Part shown: one piece after another, positions 1 through 13,250 of the stretch
How positions within the stretch are numbered: the first letter of the stretch is position 1
Layout of the letters: each line of letters opens with the position of its first letter
NCBI RefSeq assembly: GCF_018977255.1
Contig: NW_024704742.1
Location: 97,528,001-97,592,000, forward strand
DNA: 64,000 nucleotides
Direction: 5' to 3'
Source of the DNA: Callorhinchus milii
Lineage: Eukaryota
Notes under the pieces: model-generated
The model's database searches: none
Seen by the model: the letters and a program-made list of their open reading frames with translations, nothing else
What the model was told of the DNA's origin: nothing
Translations under genes and position numbers: made by a program

Positions 1-320
1 ATAATGAAATAATAAAAGATAGCCAATATAGGTTTACGAAGGGGAAATCCTGCCAAACTAATTTACTGTTTTTCTTTGATTGTATGACAAAGGAGCCTGA
101 TAAGGGTAAGGCAGTGGATGTTGTAAGGCCTTTGATACAGTTCTTCATGAAAGGCTGGTATGGAAAATAAAGAAAGTGGGAATCAGAGGAATTATCTTGC
201 AATGGATACGTAATTGGCTGACCGATAAAACCCAGAAGGTGGTGGTATATGGAATGTCATCCGGCTGGTAAAATGCCACAGGGTTCTGCTTTGGGACCTC
301 TGTGATTGTATTTTATAAAG
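1..320 (+). mobile_element. Old CR1 LINE fragment (RT region, decayed)
   Basis: Reads GFTKGKSCQTNLL..., like the RT segment GFTKGKSCLTNLL of the CR1 ORF2 at 4009-6378; disrupted by indels. Confidence 0.8.
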
Positions 321-394
321 ATAATAAAGGCTCTGAAGGATAGAAACCCAAAATCTGGGAGTAGAGACATGAAGGGCACAATGTGAAATCTATA

Positions 395-470
395 CAACAA
401 CAACAACAACAAGATTCCATTTATAAAGCGCCTTTCACGTCAGGAGGACGTCCCAAGGCGCTGCACAGTT
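395..470 (-). mobile_element. L2 LINE 3' tail fragment
   Basis: (caa)n followed by aagcgcctttcacgtcaggaggacgtcccaaggcgctg, the reverse complement of the L2 tail at 29080-29141. Confidence 0.75.
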
Positions 471-907
471 GGGTCAAAATACAAAATATTTTGAGCTTAT
501 GGAATTCCTACTGATGACGAGACACAAAAAGTATTTGAAATGAAGTGTTGAAAACATGACTTGCAAGGCTGTTTAATGAAACAGGAGGTCGTGACAATTT
601 GAACATTATGAAGCTACAGTCGTCTGCCAGATAGTGTATATTTTGCTCATAAAACATACAACTTTATTTGGCTAGATTGCTCCTAAAAATAATGTGCTCC
701 ATATATTTCTATCTGATGCATCATCCAGTGGTGATAATTCATCTAGTTGCTTGAAGGCACTGGACAAGAATTGTTTTGAGTTAAATCATGAAGATATTGC
801 ACCCAGTTACAGCAAGCAATTCATGCTTCTTGAGATTTTTGCATATATCAAGTCTACTAAGTACCTATGGTTCTGAAAAGAAACACCAATTAGAAAAACG
901 ACACCCA

Positions 908-1543
908 ACAACAATAACAACTTGGATTTATAAAGCGCCCTCCACGCTGGACGGCGTCTCAGAGCACTTCACAGTAATAGATCCCAAGGCTGAGCCAGGG
1001 GGAGGGGGAGGAAGGTGACCAAAGGCGCGGTCAAAAAGAAAAGTCTTCAGCAGGGACCTGGAAATAGGAAGAGAGGGGGCGAGGTGAAGGGAATGAGGAA
1101 GGGAATTCCAGAGCTTCGGGGCATAGTGGCTGAAGGCACGGCCGCTGAGGGTGGAACAGAGGAATCGGGGAACAAGGAGGAGGCCAGACCCGGAGGAATG
1201 AAGGCAACGGGTGCAGTTTTGAGGAGAGAGGAGGTCAGAGAGGTAGGAGGGTGCAGAGGAATAGAGGGATTTGAATGCAAGAGTGAGGATCTTGAAGTCT
1301 ATCCTCTCTGGGATAGGCAGCCAGTGCAGTCTGGCACGGACTGAGGTGATCGGGGAGCGGAGTTTGGTGCGGTGAGAATGCGGGCGGCAGAGTTTTGAAT
1401 GATCTGGATTTTATGGATGGTAGTGGATGGGAGACCAGCGATGAGGGCGTTAGTATAGTCCAGCCGAGAGGTGACAAAGACACCAGGGTTTCAGCGGCTT
1501 TCGGAGAGAGGTATTGGCAGAGACGGGCAATGGTTAAGCTGAA
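908..1543 (-). mobile_element. L2 LINE 3' fragment (tail type B)
   Basis: ORF2 C-terminal remnant ([17 protein letters not shown]...); tail matches the copies at 13970-14640 and 57845-58247. Confidence 0.85.
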
Positions 1544-3056
1544 GTCCACTCTTCCACCATATTCCTCTTGTCTACGGCACTTGGCTGCATAATATCTGCA
1601 CTTATATGGTCCAAAATTTCTCATGTACATTGGTCAAGATGATTGTCTCAAAATCTACAATCTTGTAGAATTTTGGGAAGTAGATTCAAATTGTCTCTCT
1701 TAATTTGGAAGCGAAATATTTGGAGTTCTTTTCAGTACTGAGATAAATGGGCCTCCAAATTAAGACTGAATTTAAGGTTTTTTCAAATTACCACAAGATC
1801 TTCAATGGACAGTGGTTCTAAGAACGTGAGAAGTTTTGATCCACTTGAGTGTTCACAACTGCTGTGCTGCACTTTAAAAATAGGTCATGTTATGATAAAT
1901 CTGTGCTCAAAGGGTGATGATAATGCAGAACTAGTAGATAATAATCGAGGATATCGATTATACAAGGTAGCTAAAAAGAGAAGATATGTTGCATTTTACT
2001 AATCAAAAGCACTCAGACCGACTTCCACAATGCTGCAACATTTCCAGCAGAGTAACAATAGGCAGCTGGAATATACCTGAAGGGACCTTGGTATGCATAC
2101 GGCATCTGGATCCAGCAACCAACTATATGAAGTTCGTAGATTCATGACGAATGCCACTTCTATGTAGAACTCTTGTCATGTTGGAAGAAGTACCCTTTGA
2201 GAAAAATGTTAGCCAGATTTGTTTGGCTGAAGGTCTATTTTGGTGCTGTAACTTCAAAGATTCTCAGAGGTTCACCAGTTGCAATGTACAAAGCACTGAT
2301 TCTACTGTACTACACGTGTGGGTGTAATCCTTTCATTGCAGACTACGGTGGAACTGGTAATTCTGTGGACAGCACATATCCTAACATCAGACTGATTTTA
2401 AAAAATTATATATATTATGGAATTTGGAGTTACTATCACTGTCCCTGCTGTCCCTTTATTTACTCAGGATAGGTGTATTGAACTGTGCATTTGTAACTTT
2501 CAGAGTTATTTCTGTTCATGTACCATTCAGTATTTCTGATGCAACATATTTGCTCTTTCAACATGGCATTGCATTGCTTCCTGCTCTCATTGGTTTATTG
2601 GAGAAACCACAGCCTGTGTTGAGCAACATTTGTATTAGCCAGTCCATTACTGATGAAATCCTGTTAACACTGTTGTTACTGAGTGTGGATCATACCTGAA
2701 TTTCTATTGGTTGACAGACCTTTGTTAAAGATAGCAACCCCAAACACCAGCATTAAACAGCCTTTAGTGGTTTATTTTGTAGCCTGTATATTTCCATTTT
2801 ACATTTCTGCTCTTAACTCATGGTTTCCTTTCAGAGAGCAAAATAGACCCCCATTAGCTCAAATTGACAATTGAGGGTATCAAGAGCATCAGGTTATTTA
2901 TGCTGGGACAATGTTAAAAAAATCTAGAAATCTATTAAATTTCATTATAGGCTAAGTAGCATGCCAACATAATGGCCTTGCTTTGCTATGAAATTTGTCT
3001 TGAATTTCTATTTTTTTAAAGAAATTATTATTGTTCACGTGTTTTTGCCTCTGCAG

Positions 3057-3095
3057 ACTGGATGAAGAATTAAAGGAGTCATCCGACTCAGCAAA
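3057..3095 (+). CDS. Candidate 39-nt internal exon of an unidentified host gene (xLDEELKESSDSAx)
   Basis: gtttttgcctctgcag acceptor, aaa|gtaagc donor, length a multiple of 3, open in phase 2-2, non-repetitive context. Confidence 0.6.
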
Positions 3096-3445
3096 GTAAG
3101 CCAAATCATTAATCCAGCATGAGACTCTTGTCATCTCATAGATTTATCATTAAACCTGTTACATTCTGAATGTATTGCAAAACAATGCACTTTTTCAGTA
3201 AGAGACACTAAAAGTAGCATGTAGCTAGCCCGGTCATCCATTACATGCACAAATCACACTGGTTGAAAACAAACCAGTTGATTACTTTTCCCAATTACAA
3301 TACCTTATCGAATCCATTGTTCTGCCATGTCCTTTGCTGTCAGTGAAATAAGAACATAAGAACATAAGAATTAGGAGCAGGAGTAGGCCATTCGGCCCTT
3401 CGTGCCTGCTCCACCATTCAATAAGATCATGGCTGAACTTCTCAC

Positions 3446-6378
3446 CTAACTCTGATTACCTGCCCTATCCCCATATCCCCTAATCCCTCTATTTTTCAAG
3501 AATCTATCAGTCTCAGCCTTGAAAATGTTCAAGGACTGAGCATCTACAGCCTTCTGGGGTAGTGAATTCCATAAGTTCACTACCCTCTGAGTGAAGAAAT
3601 GTTTCCTCAACTCTGTTCTAAGAGGCTGACCCTTAATTTTAAGACTGTGACCCCTGGTTCTAGATTCTCCTACCAGGGGAAACAGTCCCTCTGTGTCTAC
3701 TTTATCCAGCCCTTTAAGAATCTTATAAGTTTCAATAAGATCCCCCCTAATTCTTCTGTACTCTAGAGAATACAGCCCTAGTTTATTCAGCCTATCCTCA
3801 TAGGTCAGTCCCCTCATCCCAGGAACTAACCGAGTGAATCTACGCTGCACCCCCTCTAGGGCAAGTATCTCCTGTTTTAAATAAGGAGACCAAAACTGCA
3901 CACAATACTCTAGGTGCGGTCTCACCAAAGCCCTATACAGTTGCAGCAAGACTTCCCTACTCTTATATTCTAAACCTTTCGAAATGAACGCTAACATGCC
4001 GTTCGCCTTTAAGTTGCTTGCTGCACCTGCAAACTAACTTTTTGGGACTGGTGTACAAGGACACCCAAATCCCTTTGAATACTAACACTATCTAACTTCT
4101 CCCCTTCCAGAAAATAATCTGTTCTTTTATTCTTGCTACCTAGGTGAATAATTTCACACTTGCTAACATTGAATTCCATCTGCCACCTACTTGCCCACTC
4201 CCCTAGCCTATCTATATCTTGTTGCAATCTTTTTGCATCATCCTGAGAGCTCACTCTGCTACCTAGTTTAGTATCATCCGCGAATTTAGACACATTACAT
4301 TCAATGTCCTCGTCCAGATCATTGATGTAAATGGTAAATAGCTGAGGCCCAAGCACTGATCCTTGTGGCACTCCACTAGTTACATCCTGCCAATTCGAGA
4401 ATGATCCGTTTATCACTACTCTCTGCTTTCTACCCGATAGCCACTCTTCTATCCATGTTAATATTTTCCCATTAATCCCGTGGGCCTTGATCTTGAGTAA
4501 CAGCCTTTTGTGTGGCACCTTGTCAAATGCCTTCCTAAAATCCAAATATACCACATCTACTGGTTCCCCCTTATCCAACCTGCTGGATACATCCTCAAAA
4601 AATTCTAAAAGGTTAGTCAAGCATGACTTCCCTTTTGTAAAGCCATGTTGACTCTGCCTAATCTTTTTATGGTCTTCCAGGTATCCCATAACTACGTCTT
4701 TTATTAAGGACTCAAGAATTTTCCCTACAACTGACGTCAAACTAACTGGTCTATAGTTTTCCCTATTTTCTCTCCCACCCTTCTTAAATAGTGGAGTTAC
4801 GTTTGCAATCTTCCAATCAATGGGAACTTTTCCAGTATCCACAGACTTTTGGAAGATTATAGACATGCCATCCACTATCTCAGTAGCCACCTCCTTTAAA
4901 ACTCTCGGATGCAGGCCATCCGGTCCAGGGGATTTATCGGTTTTAAGACCCGACAATTTACCTAGAACCATCTCTTTACTAATGTTAATCTCCCTAAGTT
5001 GCTCGCTAACATTGTCTTCTTGGTCCTCTATTTTTGGTATGTTTCCAGTGTCTTCTACGGTGAAGACTGTAGAAAAATACTTGTTTAATGACTCTGCCAT
5101 GTCTTTGTCCCCTATTATAATTCCTCCGGTCTCTGCCTGTAATGGACCCACATTCACCCTCGCTAGCCTTTTCCTCTTTATATATTTGTAAAAACTCTTG
5201 GAGTCTGTTTTTATGTTCTTTGCTAGTTTGCCCTCGTAATCTATTTTCTCCCTCTTGATCAATTTTTTGGTCCTCCTCTGTTGTTCCCTAAAGTTCTCCC
5301 AATCCTCGGGTTTACTACTCATCTTCGCTGTTTTATAGGCTTTTTCTTTTGATTTGATACTTTCCCTAACTGCTCTAGTTAGCCATGGCTGCACCACCTT
5401 TCCCATGGCATTCTTATTCCTCAAAGGAATATGTGCTCGTTGGGAATTTTGCACTATCTCCTTGAATGTCTGCCATTGCTGGTCTACCGTCAAATCTTTA
5501 AGTTTAGTCTCCCAGTTTATTCTGGCTAAATCCTCTCTCATACCAGCAAAGTTGGCTCGATTTAAATTGAAGACTTTTGCTTCAGACTTAACTACTTCCC
5601 TCTCTAACTTAACGCTAAATTCCATCATATTATGATCGCTTTGCCCTAGAGGAGCCTTAAGTTCCAGTTTGCTGATCAGCCCTGTTTCATTACACAAAAC
5701 AAGGTCTAATATGGCTTGTTCCCTGGTCGGCTCCTCAGCATATTGATCTAGAAAATTATCTCTAATACATTCTATAAACTCCTCTTCTATGTTACCTTTC
5801 CCAATTTGGTTGTCCCAGTCTATGTGCAGGTTAAAATCACCCACAATTAGTGTCTTTCCTTTGCTACATGCTCCACTAATCTCTTGATTTATACCTTGAG
5901 CGATACTTTGACCACTGTTTGGGGGTCTATAAACTACTCCCACTATAGTTTTCTGCCCCTTGAAGTTACGTATCTCTACCCATACTGACTCTACATCTTG
6001 CTTTTCAGATTTAAAATCTTTCCTCTCTACTGTTTTTATCCCATCCTTTATTAGCAGGGCCACTCCCCCTCCTCGTTTACCACATCGCCTATCTTTCCTA
6101 TATACCACGTAGCCGGGAATATTCAGTTCCCATCCCTGATCACCCTGTAACCATGTCTCGGTGATGGCTACTAGATCATACCGGTTTGTCTCTATTTGTG
6201 CAACTAATTCATCTATCTTGTTACGAATGCTTCGTGCATTCAGATATAGCGCCCTTAATTCTGACTTCCGGCTATTAACCCTATTCACCAGCACTCTATC
6301 ACTGTACTTCCTTTCCCTGCTTGACACACTTTGCTCTTCTCCCTTGTTAATCTGCTCCCTTGCTTTTGTTGATCTCAA
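3446..6378 (-). CDS. CR1 ORF2 (APE endonuclease + reverse transcriptase) with a single frameshift near 4009
   Basis: 789-aa ORF with LYLNARS, ITETWL, YRPP, GDFN, SDHN (endonuclease) and GVPQGSVLGP, FADD (RT); continues in the 183-aa ORF with RPHLEYCVQFWSP and RTRGH. Confidence 0.95.
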
Positions 6379-6435
6379 GTTTAACTGTGGTGGACTATAC
6401 TTTACTATGTTTTTATCTCCCCCCCCACCCCCCCC

Positions 6436-6846
6436 TTAGTAGTTTAAAGCCCTTTCTACCTCCCTATTTATTCGCGTAGCCAGGACATTTGTCCCAGCCC
6501 TATTTAGGTGGAGCCCATTCCTTTGAAAAAGCTCCCATCTTCCCCAATACTCGTGCCAGTGGCCCATGAATTGGAATTCCTGCTCTCCGCACCACTCTTT
6601 TAGCCAGGCATTCAGATCTATTATCTTCTTTTGCCTGTACCAATTAGCTCCTGGCTCAGGTAACAGTCCCGATATCATCACTTTGGAAGTTCTATTCCTT
6701 AGTTTAATTCCGAATTCCCGGAACTCGCTCCTTAACTCGTCCCTACTTGTCCTACCAATGTCATTGGTCCCTATATGTACCATTACGATTGGACCCTCTC
6801 CCTCGTGCCTCAAATTTATCTCCAGCCCGGCGGTGACATCCTTCAT
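6436..6846 (-). CDS. CR1 ORF1 C-terminal fragment, SGNH/GDSL esterase-like domain
   Basis: VHIGTNDIG and (D/N)GLHLNRAG motifs typical of esterase-type CR1 ORF1p; lies directly upstream of ORF2. Confidence 0.88.
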   Translation of the reverse strand: MKDVTAGLEINLRHEGEGPIVMVHIGTNDIGRTSRDELRSEFREFGIKLRNRTSKVMISGLLPEPGANWYRQKKIIDLNAWLKEWCGEQEFQFMGHWHEYWGRWELFQRNGLHLNRAGTNVLATRINREVERALNY

Positions 6847-7531
6847 GTGCCATTATTGTGCCATTATTGTTCTGCTTTTGCATTCAGCAGCACCCATTGT
6901 TAATTCCTATACTTCCAGGTTTAATTTTTAACCAGTATCTGGTGAAGCAGAAAATAATTGCTGCTCCCATGGGAGCAAACAATCACTTGCTAATGATAAA
7001 AATGACCTATTCTGAATTTTCTTGGTGAAGCTATTCTGCCAATTCCCCTGTGGTGGTGGCAGTGTGGGAGGAGAGGTACAGAACTAGTTTTAACTGTGTT
7101 TTATGTTCTTGTTTTAATTATCACATACTGCATTTCCTAAACATTTTTTTTGTCATCCTGATATTTAGAAAGCAACCTCTCACGTATTTATAGATGCAGA
7201 GTCTCACTTTTAATGGGATCCAACACAATTTCCCACAAAACAACAGCAAGCATTTATATAGCACCCCTCAAGCAGGATCGTGTCTCGTGGGGGTGGGGGG
7301 GGTTAAGGGGAAGTCGATGTCACCAAGTTGTAATATCTAGGCCTATCAAATGATTATTGCTTTGACCCCATTGTTTCCAATGCTTCTCTGCCATTATTTT
7401 TGATTCTTCATTATTCAAATGACACTTGTGTTTTTTCAATAGATCTTTATAATGGGAAATATACTTCAATAGCAAATCACAAGTACTCATTGTTTTTCTG
7501 TTCTTTTTTTCTTCTTTCTGCTTACCGACAG

Positions 7532-7579
7532 AGTTAGCAGCCTGCAAAGTGATCCAGAAGCACCTTCAAATGAACAAGA
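7532..7579 (+). CDS. Candidate 48-nt internal exon of host gene (xVSSLQSDPEAPSNEQx)
   Basis: Long polypyrimidine tract plus cag acceptor, aga|gtaaga donor, 48 nt, open in phase 2-2; UG-rich tract ~50-100 nt downstream. Confidence 0.65.
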
Positions 7580-8229
7580 GTAAGAGCACATTGTAATTGG
7601 AATAAATGACCTGCAGGACCTTGTGGTCACTCTCTGTGATTGTGCAGTGGTGTGTTGTGTTCTGCTGTGTCTTTTGTTTGGGAAGAAGGATTTGGGGTTA
7701 TGATACTCCCAACTTTTTAAAATTCAGGCTTTAGCCCTCTTTCATTCAGAAGAAGTCTAAATTTCCATTCTAAATATCAAGAAGTCAAATGCTTTGAGTA
7801 AATTATGCCTATATTGTGATTCAGTATAGCCCTGCAGATTGCAGCAGGAGCAGTGTTGCCATCATAGTAAGCAGAGATGATTATTCTTCAATAAATATTC
7901 TACCTTTTGGTAGTGGTATGTGTATATTCTACCTTTCACTAGAACCTATACCAAAGCAATCTAGCAAAATCTCTGAAAGCTATTTGATATTCTTCCTTAT
8001 TTTGGACTGATCTGGCTGATCCCTCTTCCATTCAGAACTGAGGGATGTCAAACAATCTAAACACACAGCAGGTTAGTAACGAGAGCTAAGCATCAAAATA
8101 TGCCAGCACAACTAACCTCATCTTCTAGATTTAGCATTTGATGCAATAAAATCTCTATTATTTGAAGCACTCACACAACCTAATTAAATAATGTGTGTGA
8201 TATATATTAACTATGTATCCCTTACTGAT

Positions 8230-8455
8230 CACTCCGGGACTCCGGCTCTGTCACAAGGCTTTTGGTTCAAGCCTCAGGTTGGAACTTTGAGCGCACATAG
8301 TTTAGATGTACACACCAATACACTGCTGAGGGGGACTTCTGGATTGTCAAAGCTTTGCATGAAACAGCAGTCCCATCTGTCTGTTCAAGTCGTTGTTGAA
8401 GATGCCACACTGTTCAAAACGTGAAGGGAGCATCTCCCAGGGTCCTGGAAACCTT
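8230..8455 (+). mobile_element. Ancient Deu-type SINE remnant
   Basis: Degenerate head (ggttcaagcc) and Deu-like gaagatgcc...gggagcatctcccagggtcctgg segment; resembles 35583-35925 and 61985-62210. Confidence 0.5.
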
Positions 8456-9153
8456 CATGCAAATATACAATGGCAAATTTATCAACTAATGGGGATGCCT
8501 TCTCATTCCCAGCCCACCCCCCACCCCGAGACCAGAGCTTGATTTACTGAATTTTTGGAATGAAGATTTATTAATTGTCAAAATTTGTTTCTCAACAATC
8601 CTTAGTGTATGTTATTCCCCTTGTAAAACATACATGGCAGAAATTGTTCTTAATTCACTTTACACACTTTGATAAACCATTAGAGTTGGGGAAAGGAGTG
8701 CTGAGTGTTTGTAGGATTGGTCTGGGGTTCGATTGAGGATGGGGCCAAGTATGAATAGTCCATACCTAACATTGCTGTAAACAAGAACACTGCTATACAT
8801 TTATGCTGCCACAATGTTAGGACTTGGTAAAGTTACATTTTGTGATTATTACAACCTGATACGTTTGGTTACCTGACAAGCCTGAGTTGCAGTTAGTTAA
8901 GTTGTACTACTTCTGCCCCCTCATCCTAATTGTGGAAATAAGGAAAATAAAGTACATTGCACAATGCAAAGATCGCTGCTTGTATTAATGTCAATGTTCA
9001 CAAACAAAACACAGTATATCTTATGAAGTGCTCGATTTGAAAAGCACTCTACCAAATGTAAGGATTTATGGGATGTCCTCCTGACGTGAAAAGTGCTATA
9101 CAAATATAATCTTGTTGTTATCATTTTTACCTCCACTTTTCTTTCTTTTTCAG

Positions 9154-9187
9154 AATACAAACAACACCAAGTGAAGGCATGGAATAA
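9154..9187 (+). CDS. Candidate exon (xIQTTPSE/GME*), either terminal or using a GC donor at 9177
   Basis: Strong cttttctttctttttcag acceptor; phase-2 frame open to TAA at 9185-9187; aag|gcatgg is a possible non-canonical donor. Confidence 0.4.
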
Positions 9188-12125
9188 TTGTGTTGCCTCG
9201 GTCTCCGAATATTTCTTAGGATGTTTGTTTTCTGAGTAGCAGCTGTATTAGTTAACTTCCTTCATTGATTCCTGATTCTTTTGTTCAAACTTAGTTCTTG
9301 TTTATTTTCTGAAGTATCATTTTGTGAGTCATAAACTAAGTCATGCTGTGTAAAAATATCAAATGGATTATTGTGATATGTGCCAGTGATATATTTACTT
9401 AGAGCTTTGATTTCAAACATTGCCCATTTAAACAAATAATCCAGAACCATATCAATTGTCATATTTAAAGGAAATACCTGTCAATGTTGACATTTTTCTT
9501 TCTCAGTGCTAAAAGTTAAACTAAATAAGCACCACTTTCCTGAATTGAGACCTTTGTGTCTGGATCAAGATTGGCAGAAGGCCAGTTGTGTATTTTTGTT
9601 AGATTGTGACATCTCTTTGCAAAGGAACAGAGAGGAATGAGGAAGAGCTGTTCATTGAACCTTCAAACCTTGTTCACTTCCATTGAAAGGTAACATGGGT
9701 TCTTCAGACTTTTTTGATCAATCATCTCTTTTTGCCATTTGTAAACCATGGAAGATGATCTTAGATGTTTTCCCATATAAAAAGGTTCATTAAAAAGGTT
9801 TCTCCTCCCCACAAAAAATATATTTTTGACAAAGCTGGATATAAATAATTTAATTTGTACAATAATTTTCATAACTTGGTTCCATTCTGTTGAAATATTT
9901 ACTGAGGAATTTAAAATCAAATTACTTTCCATTTTTCATCTTTCTTCATTCCGAATTGATCATGCCTCCTCTGCCTGGCATCAGAAAGCCTGTATGTCCT
10001 GTATGTTTGGGCCCCTCCTACTATCTGGCCCAATTGGTCCCAACCTCGCACAATGAAAATAAAAGTGGGCTCGAATCTAAATTGGGGAGGATTTTGCACA
10101 TGTAATCTTCATTTTGGATAGGTTAACACTTAGACTTCCAGTAGCTCTGGGAAAGTCCACTTTTTATTTTTCTACAATTTTAGCTCCCAATACTGAAAAA
10201 AATTCTAATATTACAGTAATAATGGCATTGATATTGAAGGTCATCATATTACTGGAATATGTAATATTAACAAAAGAGATATTTTAAAGCCTCATTCCTG
10301 CTCTGACTCCCATCTCTATTTTGCAACCCCTGACCCCATTCCCCTGACCCCCATTTTCCTTTCTATGATTTCTAGTTTTAACTTTTATTTCATTATATTT
10401 ATTATTTTGAATAAAATGTTATTTTCCTGCCTTCCTCAACTTGTTGTTTTAACGCTGTTTAGTTTTTGGCTTAATTAAAAAAAAAATTAATTAGCTAACC
10501 AAGAGGCTGAGCATTGAAATTTGACCTGGTGTGTCATTGGAACCAAGGTTTGGAAGCACAAAGTAAATGAGTCCTGAAGAGTTAGTTTGTCAGCAGATTG
10601 AATTCAGTGCCTGTAAATTGTTTTTTCGTTGTGGTTCTTAATAGGTAACTACTTTTGCTGGGCCTACCGGGCAACTCATAGTTTTGTGTGTTTTTTAAAA
10701 AAAATCATGTATGCAAATAAATGCAACAAGTTAGGGAAGGTTATTTGTGAAGTTGAGCTAAGTATGCATGAGAGAGAGTGATCAATTGTATTTTAATAAA
10801 CAAACTAGCAAGGAGCTTGATAATTGTCAGGGCAGTAAGATTATATGAAAATATAATGTTCAGCAACACAGTGTTATTGGTATTCCATGGCTGTAGTTTC
10901 TTACTCAAAGTGACAACAGCAGCTGTTTCATTTCCAGTTAAACAGCAGATAGGTGATAATTGGTGCCTAGAAGTTTGGAAATGTGTCATCTTGCTCAAAG
11001 TAAATGAACTAAGAAATTGTGGCATTTACAAAATAAGTATAAGGTTATTTTCATATTTGAAACACTTAAGGTGTGTCAGATATTGCCTATGAAGAAAAAC
11101 AATGCCAGTACAAGTCTAGTTCCCAAGGATCCCATAATACTATCTTTATCCACATATATACACCAGTACCCACCTAGCAACAGACAAGGAAATCACTCCT
11201 GTGCCAAGGAGAGGGAGGAAATGTGGGGTTAACTCCTCAAGGTATCACAGAGGAGAATGAAAACTGATCACAAATCTTATCTTAAAAGTGTGCTTTATTT
11301 AATATGCAAGTTTGTTTTTTTTCTTTTTAAATGATATATTGACAACTAAGTCTGATTTCCTGAGATTGAGTACAAATCTTTACAAGTTGGAAACATTTGC
11401 ACTATTGTGAGCTTGGACAGCAACTGCAGTGTGCTTCTATGACATATCTTTAAAAATAATGACAGTACATATGATTTCATGCACATCATCGGGCTTTCAT
11501 TAAACATTTACCAGTTTGGAGAGTTCCTCGATTGATTGGTGTAGTAAAACTTACTAAGAAGCTGTTATGGGTTTGTCAGAAGGACTTTGATTAACCAAAT
11601 TTAAAAGTAGCTGGAAGACTTTGGGTAGATCAATTAATGACTGAACTAAGAATCAAGCTGTTTAATCACTCAAGGAAGTGTTGTCATTTCAAGCTTTTCT
11701 GCAGTATTGCTTTCTAGTGATCAGGATTTATTACCCATTAACTTGCATTTGCATTGACTTGCACTGATGAAAAGCAATGACAGGGATAATGCATTACGCT
11801 TTGGGGAGAATAACATTTACGTCTGCAGCCAGGCTCCCTTTGTTTTCAATGAGGCAAAAAAATAAGTGCCAACTCAGTCCATCTTCACAGCCAAATCATG
11901 TTAGAAAAAAGAGATTCCCCATAACATTGGGGATCTGATATGCAATGATTTCTTAATAGAAGAGACCTGAGGGACCTCTGCTCTAATGCATTCTACTTTG
12001 GGAGTTTGTGTATTTTTGGATCAATTAGTTCCAGTTACTAGAAGGAGTCTTCTCGAGTTCTTTATAAGGGATTCTGTTGTAAATTAGCATTTCCTAGACC
12101 CTCATTGTGTTATTTTTTTCTACAG

Positions 12126-13220
12126 ATAGTGCACACAAATCCTTTTGATTCAAACTGCTTTGAAAGACATTGCTACCTGACATGTTGAAGTACATTACCC
12201 TGGTAGATCATGAAGCATTCTCAAAACATTTGCTCCACATGCTCACGACCGGCCCTGAAATACATAAAATATATCTCCGTAAATAATGTAACAGGTAACT
12301 TGCAACATATACTTTTCGAAATTATTATGTACAAGAAATGGATGCATGTTATGAAAAGTGTGCAATATAAATTCAGTCGGTGAAAGAATGAATTGCAATA
12401 TTTGAGCTCAAAAAATCCTGGCCAGTATATCAATGTAAATGAGAAACTGCTACAATTGTATTTCGGTGTACAACAGGTAGTACTATCCTTTGATTGTAAT
12501 GTTCAATATTGTTATAATCTAGAGAAGTTACAATGTAGTTAAAGCATTATGCAAGGCAGGTATTAGCTGCCTCATTATTATTCTTTGGAATTTGTTGATC
12601 AGTAGTAGTTTGTATTAAAATATGCTTAATATTACAAGTGATTTAAACCGAGAGTACAGACTGCCATGCGATATAATTAAATCGCCATTTTCAATGAGTA
12701 AACTATGTCTTTGTTAAGAGTTCATGAACTACCCAGAATGATTGCAAGGAAGATGAAGGTGTTTGTTAAATAGCACATTTTCCTGCATGACAAGTGACTT
12801 AACATTCTCCTCCCTTCTGTGCCATATTAGCTGCACGGAATTTAGACAGATACAAGCAAGTATAACAATTTTAGCTGCAATAAATTCAGCAATGAAGTCT
12901 TAGTGCAGAAATCAACATTATCTCTTTTAATATACAAAGACTTTGAGAGAACTGTTAAAGAGTAATGAGTACGTGAGGGAATTGAATGTGTGCAGTAGTC
13001 AAAGAGCAAAGAACAAATTGCACACGTTACTGCTGGCTAAACTACCATGCCCAGTTCAGCTGCCGTGGTAACCTAATGTCCTCTGCTATTGTATTCTTCA
13101 GGCATTACTATTTGGAAAGTTCCTGTTAGATTTTTCTTTCTGTAAAAATACGATGTGAAACTTTACATATCCTTAAGTACGATTGCAATTTGCACTATTA
13201 AATACTGTGCTGTCCTTTAT
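12126..13220 (+). other. Candidate alternative terminal exon with ~1.1 kb 3'UTR
   Basis: ttatttttttctacag acceptor, early stop in all frames, repeat-free AU-rich sequence, ATTAAA at 13197-13202 followed by a GT/T-rich tract. Confidence 0.45.
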
Positions 13221-13250
13221 GTCATGTGTTTGTTTCATTTGTTTGTTTCT
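13197..13250 (+). promoter_or_regulatory. Polyadenylation signal ATTAAA with GU/U-rich downstream element
   Basis: attaaa followed ~25 nt later by tgtgtttgtttcatttgtttgtttc. Confidence 0.45.

Larger units (their letters stand above)
3348..6846 (-). mobile_element. Young CR1-clade LINE, 5'-truncated within ORF1
   Basis: (ttcttatg)n 3' tail at ~3348-3370, short 3'UTR, APE+RT ORF2 and C-terminal part of ORF1; no clear TSD. Confidence 0.97.

Noticed and set aside
1985..2150. P450-like IGSWNIPEGTLV on the plus strand
   Set aside because: No ExxR, PERF or heme-binding motif nearby; probably chance.
3057..3095. CAMK2-like KESSDSA motif as the host gene identity
   Set aside because: Short low-complexity match; the exon boundaries and neighbouring exons do not fit CaMKII.
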